From contig JBFMGO010000032.1 of assembly GCA_040752695.1 (NCBI GenBank), forward strand, positions 1 through 48,158: 48,158 nt of DNA, in the 5' to 3' direction. The DNA comes from a bacterium (GTDB lineage Bacteria > SZUA-182 > DTGQ01). The first letter of the stretch is position 1. Each line of letters starts with the position of its first letter. Below the pieces are notes generated by a model. That model ran no database searches. It was given only the letters and a program-made list of their open reading frames with translations, and had not been told where the DNA came from. Shown piece after piece: positions 47,072 through 48,158 of this stretch. Both the position numbers and the translations under genes were made by a program.

Positions 47072-47368
47072 TTATGAGAGTTTGGCTTCCTCGATCATCT
47101 GAATGGCTTTGGCCGGACATTCCTGTGCACAGAGCCCGCACCCTTTGCAATGTTTTAAATCGATTCCCTTGATCTTTGCATCCTCGACCTGGATCGCTGA
47201 ATCAGGACAATAAATCCAGCAGAACAGACAGTTCTTGCAGGTATCCCTGTCTACGACCGGACGAAAGGTCCGCCATCCTCCCGTTTCATACTGGGCCGAA
47301 TTTCCGGCCTCAGGGATCAACCCTCCGATAGGAATCTCCTTCCACCCCTTTAATCTGTTGGTACTCAT
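47072..47368 (-). CDS. porD: Oxidoreductase delta subunit (2x[4Fe-4S])
   Basis: TGGWRTFRP; CKNCLFCWIYCP and CKGCGLCAQECP. Confidence 0.95.
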   Translation of the reverse strand: MSTNRLKGWKEIPIGGLIPEAGNSAQYETGGWRTFRPVVDRDTCKNCLFCWIYCPDSAIQVEDAKIKGIDLKHCKGCGLCAQECPAKAIQMIEEAKLS

Positions 47369-47937
47369 TCGCCTTTTACCTCCTCGTAGGCCCGCGTGAT
47401 AGCTTCAATGTTCTTCTGCACTACCTCTGCACTCAGCTTTTTCGATAGATTTGTCCTGGTATCCTCGATCAAATGCTCCTTGCTGATGGTATCAGTCACT
47501 TTGGCCAGGGCTCCCAGTATGGGAGTGTTGGGAATAGGGCGTCCCAGGGTTTCGAGTGCAATACGCGTTGCATCCACCGTAAAGACCATTCCATTGGTGA
47601 TCCGGTAGGTTTCACGCACCTTTTTGGGTTCATCCGGCGTATTGATGACATAAATGGCGTCTTCGGGAGTCCCTTCCGTCACATCCACAGTAGCCATCAG
47701 GGTAGGATCAACCACGGCCACGATCCTGGGGTTGGTAACCTGGCAGTGGAGCGAAAGGGGCTTATCCGAAATCCGGTTGTAAGCCCTTAAAGGCGCTCCC
47801 ATACGTTCCGGCCCATACTCAGGGAAGGCCTGTACGTGCTTGCCTCCGCTCATGGCCGTTTCAGCAAAGATTTTGGCTGCCGTGACAGTTCCCTGCCCTC
47901 CCCTGCCATGCCAGCGCACTTCAGTTATTTCCTGCAT
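47365..47937 (-). CDS. porC: Oxidoreductase gamma subunit
   Basis: EVRWHGRGGQGTVTA, FPEYGPERMGAP, PNTPILGA. ATG 47937 after GAAGGGGG (ORF track extends to 48120). Confidence 0.93.
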   Translation of the reverse strand: MQEITEVRWHGRGGQGTVTAAKIFAETAMSGGKHVQAFPEYGPERMGAPLRAYNRISDKPLSLHCQVTNPRIVAVVDPTLMATVDVTEGTPEDAIYVINTPDEPKKVRETYRITNGMVFTVDATRIALETLGRPIPNTPILGALAKVTDTISKEHLIEDTRTNLSKKLSAEVVQKNIEAITRAYEEVKGE

Positions 47938-48158
47938 AACCAATCCCCCTTCTCTAGAAAAGTTATGTGTGTATGAAAATCCTGACCTCCCCGGAGCGGG
48001 GAGATCTCTTATGGAATGAGAATCCCCGATAAGCAGCCGATCATACAAGATAAACACCAAGGCGAATACAAGAACTGCACATACAATAATAAATAGATAC
48101 TGCCAGGACACAAAAGGCACAGAGAATAATCACAAGATAGAGGTATTTTTACGAGTGG

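Noticed and set aside
47938..48120. N-terminal TM extension fused to PorC
   Set aside because: A good RBS precedes ATG 47937, where family similarity begins; the GTG at 48120 has no RBS and the hydrophobicity reflects T-rich DNA. Not fully excluded.

Overview
Chromosomal segment of an apparently anaerobic, diderm bacterium with Desulfobacterota-like gene content; the taxon cannot be determined from sequence alone. Core genes: signal peptidase I, a stand-alone receiver protein, a NifS/IscS-type desulfurase, amtB-glnK preceded by a NifA-type sigma54 activator, hemW, lepA, an MltD-type LysM transglycosylase, an EF-P paralog of EfpL/YeiP type, a YgiQ radical SAM protein, fhs, carAB, sppA, an HD protein, plsY, pgsA and a four-subunit porCDAB 2-oxoacid:ferredoxin oxidoreductase. 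Secreted or surface proteins lie between them: sulfatase-fold+TPR, double beta-helix, alpha/beta hydrolase, 12xNHL+3xIg, and cohesin+dockerin. No rRNA, tRNA, CRISPR array, integrase or transposase was recognised. Main leads: (1) a diheme-c sensor-HAMP protein whose only output is a CBS pair; (2) an AT-rich two-gene cassette (soluble + membrane protein) behind a perfect sigma54 promoter, next to an excisionase-like HTH gene; (3) an HTH_17 gene and a highly structured non-coding region bracketed by two 28/33-identical promoter copies; (4) a sigma54-driven single-chain cohesin-dockerin protein; (5) a long structured leader before efpL; (6) recurrent short tandem duplications just 3' of stop codons, and insertions inside conserved enzymes. 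All domain calls are by motif recognition, not database search.
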